NCBI GenBank assembly: GCA_036405175.1 | Contig: DASWYC010000002.1 | Span: forward strand, 467,714 to 531,713 | Length of the DNA: 64,000 nt | Source: Minisyncoccota bacterium | GTDB taxonomy: Bacteria; Patescibacteriota; Minisyncoccia; Phycocordibacterales; UBA1006 | Direction of reading: 5' to 3' | In this document: one piece after another, positions 38,416-47,844 of the stretch | Position numbering within the stretch: the first letter of the stretch is position 1 | Layout of the letters: every line of letters begins with the position of its first letter | Notes under the pieces: generated by a model | What the model saw: only the letters and a program-made list of their open reading frames with translations | Databases searched by the model: none | Told to the model about the DNA's origin: nothing | Position numbers and translations under genes: made by a program

Positions 38416-40596
38416 CTATTTTTTTGGAAATACCAAGCTAAAGGTTACACCTGTTGCGCCATATTCCGGATTTGACTTAAACGTGAGTCCAAGATGAAGC
38501 GCATCAGCAATTTGTTTAGACATATACAAACCCAACCCGCTTCCTGAGTACGTATCTTTGATATTGGTTGCTCGATAAAACTTTTGGAAGATGTGTTCTG
38601 TTTCCCCTTCCGGAATTCCTGGCCCGCTGTCGCGCACCGAGAAAATAATTGATTGATTAGTATCTTCTATGGTAATACCAATCTTACTACCAAGTGGTGA
38701 ATATTTAATAGCATTTGAAATCAGGTTCTGAAGTACCATCTTAAGCATTTTTTCATCAGTTGTCACAACAGCCTGTGATGGTGCACCAGTCTCAACCGTA
38801 AGCTGTTTTTCGTTAATCATTGCCTGAGATTCTGCAATGAGCGCACTGCGCAGATCTTCCAGCTTTACTGCTTTAGTTTCAACCGAGAGCACACCAAGTT
38901 CGAGTTTAGAAATATTAAGAAGCATATTTACCATATCGATCATTCCTTGATTGGTGTCATGAATCATCGTGATTTGTTTTTTTACTTCACCATCAGAAAT
39001 TTTTTCAAGCAAGCTTTCTGATGCCCAACGAATAGCAGTCATTGGCGTACGTAGCTGATGTGAGGCAAACATAAAGAATTCCCCTTTCTTTTGTTCTGTC
39101 TGAGCTTCAACAGTAACATCATTCATCAAAAATACCATTCCCAAATATTCACCAAGTGCAATAATTGGTGCAGCAGATAGTGCAATATGCATTGTTACGT
39201 TCTTACCTTGCAATATCAACGGATGTTCAAGCGAATAGTATGAGAACTTATTCTGAGAAGCTACAAGTCCTGAAAGTGAAAAATTAGGATCGTCTTGTTT
39301 AATAATGGTAAATAACTGATTGAAGTCTCCACCTTGGAACACGCCAAAAAGCTCATTAAATTTTTTGTTACTACGCACAATCATATTGTTGGTATCAACC
39401 ACACACATAAGATCTCCGAGTGACGAAATAAGCGCATCGTCATTTGCCTTTTGACGCAACAGCTGCTTGTTGAGCACCTCAACACGACCAAGTGTATCGG
39501 TAAGCTCCCGCGTCTTCTCGGAAACTTTTTGCTCCAGCGATGAATATGATGAATACAAAGATCCCGCCATTTTATTAAACATCTGGATGATTGACTGAAA
39601 TTCAATCGTGCGTGATTCTCCTAATTGGATTTGAAAATTCCCTTTCTCAATAGAACTCAAGTTATCTACAATTGATCTAAGCGGTCTAATTAAATAGCGT
39701 CCAAGCATCATAATCTCGTAACTAAAAATTGTGAGCAAGAGCATGAGGCACGTAAGTCCCAGCAAGAAGTTGTTTGCGAATGAAGAATAGAGTGTTCGTG
39801 TATTTACGAGTCCAATGATTCTCCAGTTAGTATCTTCAAGTGGACGCACTGCAGCAATATAATGGGCACCAGTAAGCTTAAGATTAAAAACTTTATCAGC
39901 GTTACGTGTAATCGCCTCACCAAGCGAAGCATTTTTGAGCGCCATGGCATCATGTACATGTGACGATACAAGAATCTTTGCATCACGATCAATGATCATT
40001 ACCTGCTGATCATTTGATGTAATAACCGAAGGAATACCTTCCCACAACACATGTGTATCAACGTATCCAACAATAACACCCGCAACGTCATCAACATCTG
40101 CAGTTAATGGCACTGCAATTACCATAATGGTGCGTCCCCCGATATCTGCAGGATCAACCACAATAGTGCGTTTTTCTTGAAGTGCTTTTTGGGTAATATA
40201 TTCTTCCGCAGCCTGAAGCCCTTCGCTTATCACGTCATCCGGCATGCGATAATTTTTATAGACACTTGCAAGCCCAGTATTGTATACATTAATTCCTACA
40301 ATTGAAGGCTGGTTAGCAAAGAATGAACGTGTGTACGTAGTACGATCAGCATCACGCGTTGCCCAAATATATGAGCCCACAAAAGTAAGTTGTTCTTCCA
40401 TAGATGCAAGGACACCCGATACTACATCGGTGGTCTTATTAACCAATTCATACGGAGTTTGACGCACCAAATTACGATTCTCAACAAACGAGCGAATCGT
40501 CAATACACAAAGCACAATAACTACGCATCCCACTGAAAAAAGAAATGGTAATCCCAACTGGCGCAAAATTGTTTTAGGAGCGTTATTGGTGTTCAT
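38416..40596 (-). CDS. sensor histidine kinase with extracytoplasmic sensing domain
   Basis: N-terminal TM, about 250-aa periplasmic domain, second TM plus HAMP-like region, PAS-like region, H-box FMFASHQLRTPMTAI, HATPase GSGLGL at the C-terminus. Confidence 0.8.
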   Translation of the reverse strand: MNTNNAPKTILRQLGLPFLFSVGCVVIVLCVLTIRSFVENRNLVRQTPYELVNKTTDVVSGVLASMEEQLTFVGSYIWATRDADRTTYTRSFFANQPSIVGINVYNTGLASVYKNYRMPDDVISEGLQAAEEYITQKALQEKRTIVVDPADIGGRTIMVIAVPLTADVDDVAGVIVGYVDTHVLWEGIPSVITSNDQQVMIIDRDAKILVSSHVHDAMALKNASLGEAITRNADKVFNLKLTGAHYIAAVRPLEDTNWRIIGLVNTRTLYSSFANNFLLGLTCLMLLLTIFSYEIMMLGRYLIRPLRSIVDNLSSIEKGNFQIQLGESRTIEFQSIIQMFNKMAGSLYSSYSSLEQKVSEKTRELTDTLGRVEVLNKQLLRQKANDDALISSLGDLMCVVDTNNMIVRSNKKFNELFGVFQGGDFNQLFTIIKQDDPNFSLSGLVASQNKFSYYSLEHPLILQGKNVTMHIALSAAPIIALGEYLGMVFLMNDVTVEAQTEQKKGEFFMFASHQLRTPMTAIRWASESLLEKISDGEVKKQITMIHDTNQGMIDMVNMLLNISKLELGVLSVETKAVKLEDLRSALIAESQAMINEKQLTVETGAPSQAVVTTDEKMLKMVLQNLISNAIKYSPLGSKIGITIEDTNQSIIFSVRDSGPGIPEGETEHIFQKFYRATNIKDTYSGSGLGLYMSKQIADALHLGLTFKSNPEYGATGVTFSLVFPKK

Positions 40597-41767
40597 ATAT
40601 ATATGAAGTTACATAATCAAGTGATTCATCGTTTAATTGGTACAGTGTAACCATGTTGTTTTTTATCTCACCCTGAGTGTCTAAGAAATTTCTTTGATAT
40701 GAACCATTAAATGATTTGAGTCGAGCCAATGCTGTCATATATGCCCCACGACTCACGCTTGAGGTGTTACGCATAATTTCAATAATTGCTGAGGCAGCGT
40801 CATATCCTGCCAATGCATATTTGTCTGGATCAGTATTGTATTTTTTATTAAATCGAGCAGTAAATTCTGGTGCATTGCGACGAGCAACTGCTTCATTACC
40901 CCCTAACCCAATTACATATATTGGATTAGTAAGCTGCTGCCCTGTAATAAAAATCTGGGATGTGCGATTAAATTCATGATTAAAAATAATGGGTATTGAA
41001 GTAGTTGCAAGTTGCTTAAGAATATTTGGCAATGTTGGATCATTAGGAGAAAGTCCAATGTAGACTCCTGTTCCCTTTTTTAATGATGAAACCAAAAATG
41101 ATTGAGGAGTCACCTGAGTAATCCCTAGACCCGTTTCTTGATGAAGCTCGTTATTACTCACTGCAACCAAACCTTGCAACTTCAGTGTCTCTACAATGTT
41201 CTGAAGCGCATACTCCTCCACCGTTTCATTTGGCACTACGCGAATACTTGAACGAAATCCTGTAGGAAATATCTTGGTAGTCATGGCACTGTTGGACTGA
41301 TCGGTATGATATACATCCGTAGCCGATGCAGTCGGAATATTCACAATGTATGACGTATTCAGAATTGGAGTAACAGCCTGTACGTTCATTTCATCAAGCG
41401 GTCCAATATATGCGATTACCCGCCCATCACGCGTAGCATCTTGTGCAGCTTGCACCTCTTGAGCTGCAACTGAGACACCAGAAATATTTCCTGTATCAAC
41501 AATCTCTGGAACCACCTTGCGCCCATTTACCACACTAAAATCATCAAATGCAAGCCGTACTCCATCAATAACTGACTGTCCCTGTTCACCATGTACAGGC
41601 ACGGCAATCACTACTTTTGCAATATTATTTCTCTGTGCCGAAACTTCACGCAAATTAAACCAGAGGGTTACACCGCACAACAATAACGAGAGTGTTACAC
41701 CCGTATAAAATCCTCGTTTTATCTTTTGTGATTCAAAGAAATCTTTGCGCGGAACCTCAGTATTCAT
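40583..41767 (-). CDS. periplasmic substrate-binding protein (type 1 PBP, LivJ/Peripla_BP_6-like), membrane anchored
   Basis: Signal anchor, then AKVVIAVPVHGEQGQSVIDGVRLAFDDF...VIAYIGPLDE typical of branched-chain amino-acid-type binding proteins. Start set to ATG 41767 (TACAAT 7 nt upstream); its stop overlaps the kinase start. Confidence 0.6.
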   Translation of the reverse strand: MNTEVPRKDFFESQKIKRGFYTGVTLSLLLCGVTLWFNLREVSAQRNNIAKVVIAVPVHGEQGQSVIDGVRLAFDDFSVVNGRKVVPEIVDTGNISGVSVAAQEVQAAQDATRDGRVIAYIGPLDEMNVQAVTPILNTSYIVNIPTASATDVYHTDQSNSAMTTKIFPTGFRSSIRVVPNETVEEYALQNIVETLKLQGLVAVSNNELHQETGLGITQVTPQSFLVSSLKKGTGVYIGLSPNDPTLPNILKQLATTSIPIIFNHEFNRTSQIFITGQQLTNPIYVIGLGGNEAVARRNAPEFTARFNKKYNTDPDKYALAGYDAASAIIEIMRNTSSVSRGAYMTALARLKSFNGSYQRNFLDTQGEIKNNMVTLYQLNDESLDYVTSYIYEHQ

Positions 41768-41854
41768 CTCTTCTATTGTAATATATGAAGGATTGGCAAA
41801 ATGAATAACCAAAATAGTTGTGCAACTTTTAGGGTAGGTAGTATACTAATAGGC

Positions 41855-42448
41855 ATGAACCCTAACCAAGCTCAAACTCCAGGAACAAAAGAGTCAGATG
41901 ATTCTTTCATGAGATTTATTTTTATCGTAATGCTTATTGCCCTCCCTATTCGCATCTTCATTTTTTGGCCATTCGTAGTGAGTGGCGAATCAATGGTGCC
42001 AACATTCCAAGATAAGCAATACCTTATTATTGATAAACTTCATTTTAAGCTTCATGATATTGAGCGTGGCGACGTAGTGATCTTTAAATATCCAAAAGAT
42101 CCTTCTCGCTATTTCATTAAGCGTATTATTGGTCTTCCTAATGAAACCGTATTGGTAAAAAATGGTGTGGTTACTATTTCTGATCAATCAAAGCAACATA
42201 TTATTACGTTGAATGAACCATATATTTCTGAAACCACGAATGGTTCAAGCGAAATCACACTTGCTGACGATGAATATTTTGTAATGGGAGATAATCGTCC
42301 ACAAAGTTCTGATTCACGTGTATGGGGTCCTGTTCAAAAAGATCTTATCGTAGGACGTGCTGCCGCTCGCCTCTTCCCACTTTCATCTGCCGATATTCTT
42401 CCTGGCGAGTATCACTACCTGCTCGATTCAAAAGAAACTGCTAAGTAA
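41855..42448 (+). CDS. lepB: signal peptidase I
   Basis: GESMVPTF (Ser box), KRIIGLPNE (Lys box), GDNRPQSSDSRVWGPV. Start chosen at ATG 41855, with TATACT 41842-41847 lying 7 nt upstream. Confidence 0.8.
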   Translation: MNPNQAQTPGTKESDDSFMRFIFIVMLIALPIRIFIFWPFVVSGESMVPTFQDKQYLIIDKLHFKLHDIERGDVVIFKYPKDPSRYFIKRIIGLPNETVLVKNGVVTISDQSKQHIITLNEPYISETTNGSSEITLADDEYFVMGDNRPQSSDSRVWGPVQKDLIVGRAAARLFPLSSADILPGEYHYLLDSKETAK

Positions 42449-42456
42449 TTGTGCGT

Positions 42457-43692
42457 ATGACTTCAAAATCTTCATCCACCACGAAAGCTCCACCCCTTGC
42501 ATCGGTTGCAAACGCAAAGAACCGCCTTATTGAAACACAAGCAATTTTGGAAAAAGCTCATGAGATCGCGCTCTTCTACGGATTTGAAACGACCATCCTA
42601 CCAAGTATTGAGCCCTCACTCTTTGCACGTGAAAAGAAGTCTCACTACTCTCTTTCGCTTGGTCGCCAGAAAGACTACCAATTTACCACCGATGCAACCC
42701 TTTCTCTTCTTTCAATGAAGACAGCGTCGGTTGATCCTAAAAATCCTCTCTATACATTTTCACTCTTGCCAAAGATTTCTATTGAAGATGGTGTGATTGC
42801 CTCATCATTTGACATTCGTTTTGATATTCATAATTCGGCTAAGCCGGTTTCTGATGCCATTGTTATTGGAACTACCATGAAGCTTCTTGATGCCATTAAG
42901 GTTAAAAACGTAACGCTTAAAATCGGCACCGTTGGCGATAAAGACTCAAAAGTTGCCCACGAAAAAGAAATTAAATCTTTCCTTAAAAAGAGTCTTTCAA
43001 AAATGGATCCAAAAGATAAGGACTTGTACAAGGTGTCGCCTCTTTCTATTCTCTTTTCTGAACATGAAAAAACAAAAGAGGTACTTAAGCATTTACCGGA
43101 CACCATGAACACCCTCTCTCCTCAAGCTAAATCATTCTTTAAGAATTTAATTGAATATTTAGAGGAAACTCAGATTGCCTATGAGTTTAATCCAACATTT
43201 ACCTTTGGCGATCCGTTGGTGTATCACACGGTATTTGAAGTAGTTCACAATGAAACGCTTCAGGTATTAGCGCGTGGGTATAGATATGGTGAAGGGCTCA
43301 AACAATACGGCATTACCAAAGAACTCCCATCTATTGGTGTACAGATATTTATTGATACCATCATCATGCAACCTGATTGGGGTGAAGTTAAGTCACGCAT
43401 TGCCCCACAAGCAAAGTTCTACTTTATTCAATGCGGCATTGATGCTAAATTGAAGAGCTTGCCGATTTTGGAAGAGCTTCGCACCTCAAACATTTCAGTA
43501 CTTCAATCTATTACCGAGGACTCACTTTCTAAACAATTGGAAGCTGTTGAGAAGAATGAGATCCCCTATGTGCTTATCTTTGGGCAAAAAGAAGCCATTG
43601 ATGGAACGGTATTAGTAAGGACGATGAAAACTCGCGCACAGGTGGCGGTAAAAATCAAAGAATTGGTAAAACACTTAAAGGGGCTTAAATAG
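42457..43692 (+). CDS. histidyl-tRNA synthetase-like class II aaRS paralog with degenerate motif 2 and C-terminal anticodon-binding-like domain
   Basis: N-terminal GFETTILPSIEPSLF (HisRS motif 1-like), ARGYRYGEGL (motif 3-like), C-terminal PYVLIFGQKEAIDGTVLVRTMKT (HGTP anticodon-binding-like). The motif 2 arginines are not conserved. Confidence 0.55.
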   Translation: MTSKSSSTTKAPPLASVANAKNRLIETQAILEKAHEIALFYGFETTILPSIEPSLFAREKKSHYSLSLGRQKDYQFTTDATLSLLSMKTASVDPKNPLYTFSLLPKISIEDGVIASSFDIRFDIHNSAKPVSDAIVIGTTMKLLDAIKVKNVTLKIGTVGDKDSKVAHEKEIKSFLKKSLSKMDPKDKDLYKVSPLSILFSEHEKTKEVLKHLPDTMNTLSPQAKSFFKNLIEYLEETQIAYEFNPTFTFGDPLVYHTVFEVVHNETLQVLARGYRYGEGLKQYGITKELPSIGVQIFIDTIIMQPDWGEVKSRIAPQAKFYFIQCGIDAKLKSLPILEELRTSNISVLQSITEDSLSKQLEAVEKNEIPYVLIFGQKEAIDGTVLVRTMKTRAQVAVKIKELVKHLKGLK

Positions 43693-43699
43693 CCTCTTT

Positions 43700-43955
43700 T
43701 GCTCATCTTGGGATATGTGATATTCTCTGAATACAGATAAACAGTCATGGTACAGTTCGGTTCGAATCCGAGATCTGGACTCTTCCTAGGACAAGCTCAG
43801 CTATGTATCAGCCACTCAGAGGAACGCAAACTGTTCCGCTCTCATGAAGACCTGAGTAGACTACGAGAATAGGAGTTCAATATGCATGAGTGCAGACAGG
43901 GATTTTTATGAAGAGTTGTCTGTATTTGGGTAGACACTACGTCTACCCTTTTTCA
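43700..43955 (+). other. unassigned structured non-coding element with tRNA-like T-arm motif and 3' intrinsic terminator
   Basis: About 250-nt gap, more GC-rich than flanks. Contains TTCGG-TTCGAAT-CCGAG (canonical GGTTCGAATCC T-arm), a GAGGAAC...GTTCC hairpin, and a GGGTAGAC-ACTAC-GTCTACCC-TTTTTC terminator at 43928-43955. Not foldable into a complete tRNA. Confidence 0.3.
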
Positions 43956-43989
43956 TTGCCTAATCGTTAAAAATCAGTATACTTTTTGC

Positions 43990-44526
43990 ATGCTTTCACT
44001 TATTGAAGAAACATCACCTATTCTCCATAATGCGTCTCGTGACGTTACTGATACTGAATTTAAGACAGCCGAGCTTAAGCAAACTATTGACGATATGTTT
44101 GCACTTTTGCGTGCAAAAAAAGACGGAGTTGCACTTGCCGCCCCTCAAGCTGGTATTGCTCAACGAATTTTCATTATCACTCCTGATATTTTTAAAAACC
44201 CAGATTCACACGAGCTGGTGTACATTAATCCCAAGGTCATCTCACTTTCAAAAGAGCAGGTACTCATGGAAGAAGGCTGCTTGTCTGTTCCCTATATCTT
44301 TGGAAAGACCAAGCGTTCAATACAGGCAACTATTGAAGCGTATCGCGTAGATGGAACAAAATTTACAAAGTCTGGCACTGGATTGTTGGCACAAATCTTT
44401 CAACATGAGACGGACCATCTTGATGGCATTCTTTTCAATACTCATGCAACTCATCTTCACAAGCTAACCCCAGAAGAAATTCTTCGCTTTGAACAGGAGG
44501 ATTACACCATTAATCCAATGTATTAA
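43990..44526 (+). CDS. def: peptide deformylase
   Basis: GVALAAPQ (motif 1), EGCLSVP (motif 2), HETDHLDG (motif 3). TATACT lies 6 nt before the ATG. Confidence 0.9.
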   Translation: MLSLIEETSPILHNASRDVTDTEFKTAELKQTIDDMFALLRAKKDGVALAAPQAGIAQRIFIITPDIFKNPDSHELVYINPKVISLSKEQVLMEEGCLSVPYIFGKTKRSIQATIEAYRVDGTKFTKSGTGLLAQIFQHETDHLDGILFNTHATHLHKLTPEEILRFEQEDYTINPMY

Positions 44527-44529
44527 TAT

Positions 44530-45372
44530 ATGAACGCGCCTCGTATTATCTTTTTTGGAACACCGGAGCTATGTACTACCTATTTGGATTCTCTCACGAG
44601 TGCCGGATTTGGACCTGCATTGATTATTACTACTCCTGATAAACCAGTTGGACGCAAACAGGTCATGACTCCTCCACCAGTTAAAGTATGGGCCATTGAT
44701 CATGGCATCGAATTTCTTCAGCCGGAAAAACTTACACCGGAATTTATTGCAGAAGTTGCATCACGTGAAAAGTTTGATTTAGCAATTGTGATTGCTTATG
44801 GAAAGATTCTCAAAGAAGCACTTATTAATCTTCCAGCCCATGGAACATTAAATGTTCATTACTCTTTGCTCCCTCGTCATCGTGGTGCATCACCAACAGA
44901 AGCAACTATTCTTGCTGGCGATGAAGAAGGCGGTGTAACGATTCAGAAAATGGTGTTTGAGCTTGATGCAGGAGATATTGTTTCTCAGGCAAAAATTCCG
45001 CTTGAAGGAAACGAGTTTAAAGATGAACTGCTTGGCGTACTTACCGATATCGGTGCCGAGTTGCTTCTTGAAACTATTCCCCCGTACATGAATGGCGATA
45101 TTACCCTAGAACCTCAAGCTACCGATGGTATAACCATGTGCACCAAGATTTCAAAGGAGGATGGGCGCGTTGACCCCAGGTCTGATGATGCACATACACT
45201 TTGGCGTAAATATAGAGCTTATTATGGCTGGCCAGGAATCTTTTATATGCTTGATGAGAAGCGTGTAAAAATTACTGAAGCATCGTTTGTAGATGAGAAG
45301 TTTATTATCGAAAAGATTGTTATTGAAGGAGAAACAGAAACAGATTTTGATGAGCGGATTCATTTAAATTAA
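44530..45372 (+). CDS. fmt: methionyl-tRNA formyltransferase
   Basis: N-terminal formyltransferase domain IIFFGTPE, NVHYSLLPRHRGASP, plus a C-terminal domain; translationally coupled to def. Confidence 0.9.
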   Translation: MNAPRIIFFGTPELCTTYLDSLTSAGFGPALIITTPDKPVGRKQVMTPPPVKVWAIDHGIEFLQPEKLTPEFIAEVASREKFDLAIVIAYGKILKEALINLPAHGTLNVHYSLLPRHRGASPTEATILAGDEEGGVTIQKMVFELDAGDIVSQAKIPLEGNEFKDELLGVLTDIGAELLLETIPPYMNGDITLEPQATDGITMCTKISKEDGRVDPRSDDAHTLWRKYRAYYGWPGIFYMLDEKRVKITEASFVDEKFIIEKIVIEGETETDFDERIHLN

Positions 45373-45386
45373 AAGCAAGAGATTGA

Positions 45387-45419
45387 AACAGGCGCGACCT
45401 TCGGTCGCGCCTGTTTCAA
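45387..45419. terminator. bidirectional hairpin terminator
   Basis: GAAACAGGCGCGACC-TTCG-GGTCGCGCCTGTTTC perfect 15-bp stem between fmt (+) and the pilin cluster (-). Confidence 0.8.
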
Positions 45420-45424
45420 TCATC

Positions 45425-45943
45425 TTAACTATGCGGAAAATCTTTATACTTCACTCGCTCAACGACTGCACTAAAATATGGATCGGTCGCAAGCGGCGCC
45501 ACCATTGCTCCGCTGCTTTGTCTACAACTACTAAAGCCGCGCGCAAACATCATTGATTGGCTCCCCTGACTACCCAATGTGCTCCCATTAAGATCATAAT
45601 AGATAATTGCCTGAGCACAGGTTCCTGTTGTGGTATCAATCATACCCGTCAACATACGATATTTAAAGGTCCCATTTGTGCCTGATGTATATGAAGCCGA
45701 ATTTCCATTACATGTATATCCTGACGATGGCCATGTTGCGTTATTGAGTCGATCGTATCTAAATGCACACTCCATCATTGCATCAAGTGCCTCATAGGCA
45801 TTATTTTTATTCTGTGTAGTAATAGTTTGCATAGCACGAGATTTACCAATCTCGGTGATTGAAACGAACGCAAGCGAAAGAACACCAATCACTACAATCA
45901 CATACAAGAGCGCAATTCCTTTTTGAGATTTAAGATTATTCAT
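45425..45943 (-). CDS. GspK/PilX-like pseudopilin (no Glu5)
   Basis: N-terminus KSQKGIALLYVIVVIGVL lacks the +5 Glu, like GspK-type minor pseudopilins; last gene of the pilin operon. Confidence 0.45.
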   Translation of the reverse strand: MNNLKSQKGIALLYVIVVIGVLSLAFVSITEIGKSRAMQTITTQNKNNAYEALDAMMECAFRYDRLNNATWPSSGYTCNGNSASYTSGTNGTFKYRMLTGMIDTTTGTCAQAIIYYDLNGSTLGSQGSQSMMFARGFSSCRQSSGAMVAPLATDPYFSAVVERVKYKDFPHS

Positions 45944-46446
45944 ACCAGTTTGTAAAAATCGCTTTAGCTGCCACCGACTGAGTACTGCCCCGCTCTTGAT
46001 ATGTCACGGTTGAATTTACGCGAATTTCTGAAGGTCGTCCATTTGAGTCTGTGTTTAACGTATCAACTGTAATAGTACGTGTAAATGGCGAAGCTGTTGT
46101 TGCAGCTGCCTGATGTCCATATCCAAGTGCGCTTATTTTAAGTGCCGGACATGTTCCTGAACACGGCTTAAGCTCCGGGAGCGCAGCTCCGTCATTTACT
46201 ACATAGCATGGGACACTTGCCGTACACGTATTAATCGTTAAGTAGAAAAGTTTTTGTTGAAGAAGATTTGAATCTTTAATTGCACGAACTAATTCTGTCC
46301 CCTCTTCTGCAAGTAGCTCAGCCTGAATACGTACATCAGAACCAACCGTAGTGCGCAATGAATTTCCTAGTGCAAAAATTACTCCTGTTGTTACAAGCAT
46401 CAAAATGGTTACTGCGATTAATGTTTCAATAATGGTAAATCCTTTC
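45936..46446 (-). CDS. type IV pilin-like minor pilin (prepilin N-terminal methylation motif)
   Basis: MKGFTIIETLIAVTIL class III signal peptide: G-1, F+1, E+5. Confidence 0.6.
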
Positions 46447-46449
46447 ATA

Positions 46450-47136
46450 CTATTGCCATGTACTATTATATACATTTTGAATATTAACAATATTTCGTGA
46501 CTCGACCGTAAACTGGAATGTATAGTCTTTTGATGTGCCTCCAGCTGGAACAATGGTTCGTGCACGCATGAGCACGGTCACACGTGGGTGTACCGTCTTC
46601 TCTCCAATCTCGCCATCACCAATTGGTTTAAAACAAATTGAGTATACAGAAAGATCTTTAACGAGTGGCAACATCACCGTGTATTTTGTTGGATCAGCAG
46701 AATCAACATCAGTAGTAAGAACTAAACGCACGGTCTGCTGGTTGGCACTTGGAATATTAACCTTTTGAGTTGTTAAAAGATAGAGTGTCTGTTCATATCC
46801 ATCTTCCATAACATGATCAAGGTCATCATCCAACATTCCTATAGTCTCACCAAATCCCTGTGCTCCATCGCAGGCACTATTTGCTCCAAAGTTCTGCGCT
46901 GTTCCTAAATCAATCAGTTTGTATCCTGTATATTTTCTAAGTTCATTTTTGATTGAAAAGAGTGACTCGCTAAAATTCACCACGTAGTCCTGCTCTTTTT
47001 GAGATTTGCGCTGCGCACTCATGATTGTTGCAATAAGCCCCATTGCAGACAACGTAATAATTAAAAAGACTGTGATAGCAACCATCATTTCAACCAAAGT
47101 AAATCCTTTCAATTTTTTAATGATTTTTATAGACAT
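46450..47136 (-). CDS. type IV pilin-like minor pilin (PilW/GspJ-like)
   Basis: KKLKGFTLVEMMVAITVFLI prepilin motif. Confidence 0.6.
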   Translation of the reverse strand: MSIKIIKKLKGFTLVEMMVAITVFLIITLSAMGLIATIMSAQRKSQKEQDYVVNFSESLFSIKNELRKYTGYKLIDLGTAQNFGANSACDGAQGFGETIGMLDDDLDHVMEDGYEQTLYLLTTQKVNIPSANQQTVRLVLTTDVDSADPTKYTVMLPLVKDLSVYSICFKPIGDGEIGEKTVHPRVTVLMRARTIVPAGGTSKDYTFQFTVESRNIVNIQNVYNSTWQ

Positions 47137-47813
47137 ACTTGAGTAGTGCAGGCGCGACCAATAACCATCCCTCCATATGGAGACAATGTAATTGTGTACC
47201 ACAATGGTTGAAGTGGTGTTTTAAAGCTGAGTCGTATTCCTCTGCCAGAGTAGTAATCGGTGCCGGTCGAACTTGCAAAGAATGCGTACGGCCGCTCATT
47301 TGAGCCATGGTACGCCAAAGAAACTCCCTGCTGAAGCTGAGTTCCTGCTGTTGCCGTAGCTTCACAGTTAGCATGCGAGTCGCTCACAAAACATACTGAA
47401 TCAAATACTACACCAGGTGGAATGGTAATCGTTTTATAGATAGTATCACCGCCAGAAGCACTATACGCAAAAGAACCATACTGGGTTTTACTATAGCTTC
47501 CCGCTTTGCGATACAACGAAATGGTATTTCCTTGAACCAAAATACCACGCACTCCAGCAATATTTGCTGATGTACTTGGTGTATATTCCGCAAGTGATGC
47601 CGTACGGAATGACGCCAAGTCTGCGTATGAGCTTGCACGTACGGCGCCTTGTCCATATACGCTTGGCGTAAGTCCGCTCTGAACCTCAGAAATAAATGCT
47701 GCAATTTCTCCTTTACGAAGTGCATTTTGATAACTAAACACCCCAACAATGGTGAGTATTCCCAAAATCAGAAATACAACGAGCATTTCCGCAAGCGTAA
47801 AAGCTTTTTTCAT
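47127..47813 (-). CDS. type IV pilin-like protein (Ala at -1)
   Basis: MKKAFTLAEMLVVFLILGIL prepilin motif with A-1 and E+5. Confidence 0.6.
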   Translation of the reverse strand: MKKAFTLAEMLVVFLILGILTIVGVFSYQNALRKGEIAAFISEVQSGLTPSVYGQGAVRASSYADLASFRTASLAEYTPSTSANIAGVRGILVQGNTISLYRKAGSYSKTQYGSFAYSASGGDTIYKTITIPPGVVFDSVCFVSDSHANCEATATAGTQLQQGVSLAYHGSNERPYAFFASSTGTDYYSGRGIRLSFKTPLQPLWYTITLSPYGGMVIGRACTTQVCL

Positions 47814-47844
47814 AACTTTAGTATACCACTGGCAATGTTCATAA

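Noticed and set aside
43700-43955. tmRNA (ssrA) assignment for the structured element before def
   Set aside because: A T-arm exists, but the 3' acceptor cannot pair with any upstream 5' strand, there is no resume-codon/tag ORF ending in a hydrophobic ...LAA-type tail, and ~350 nt would not fit without overlapping the HisRS-like CDS. Kept only as an unassigned element.
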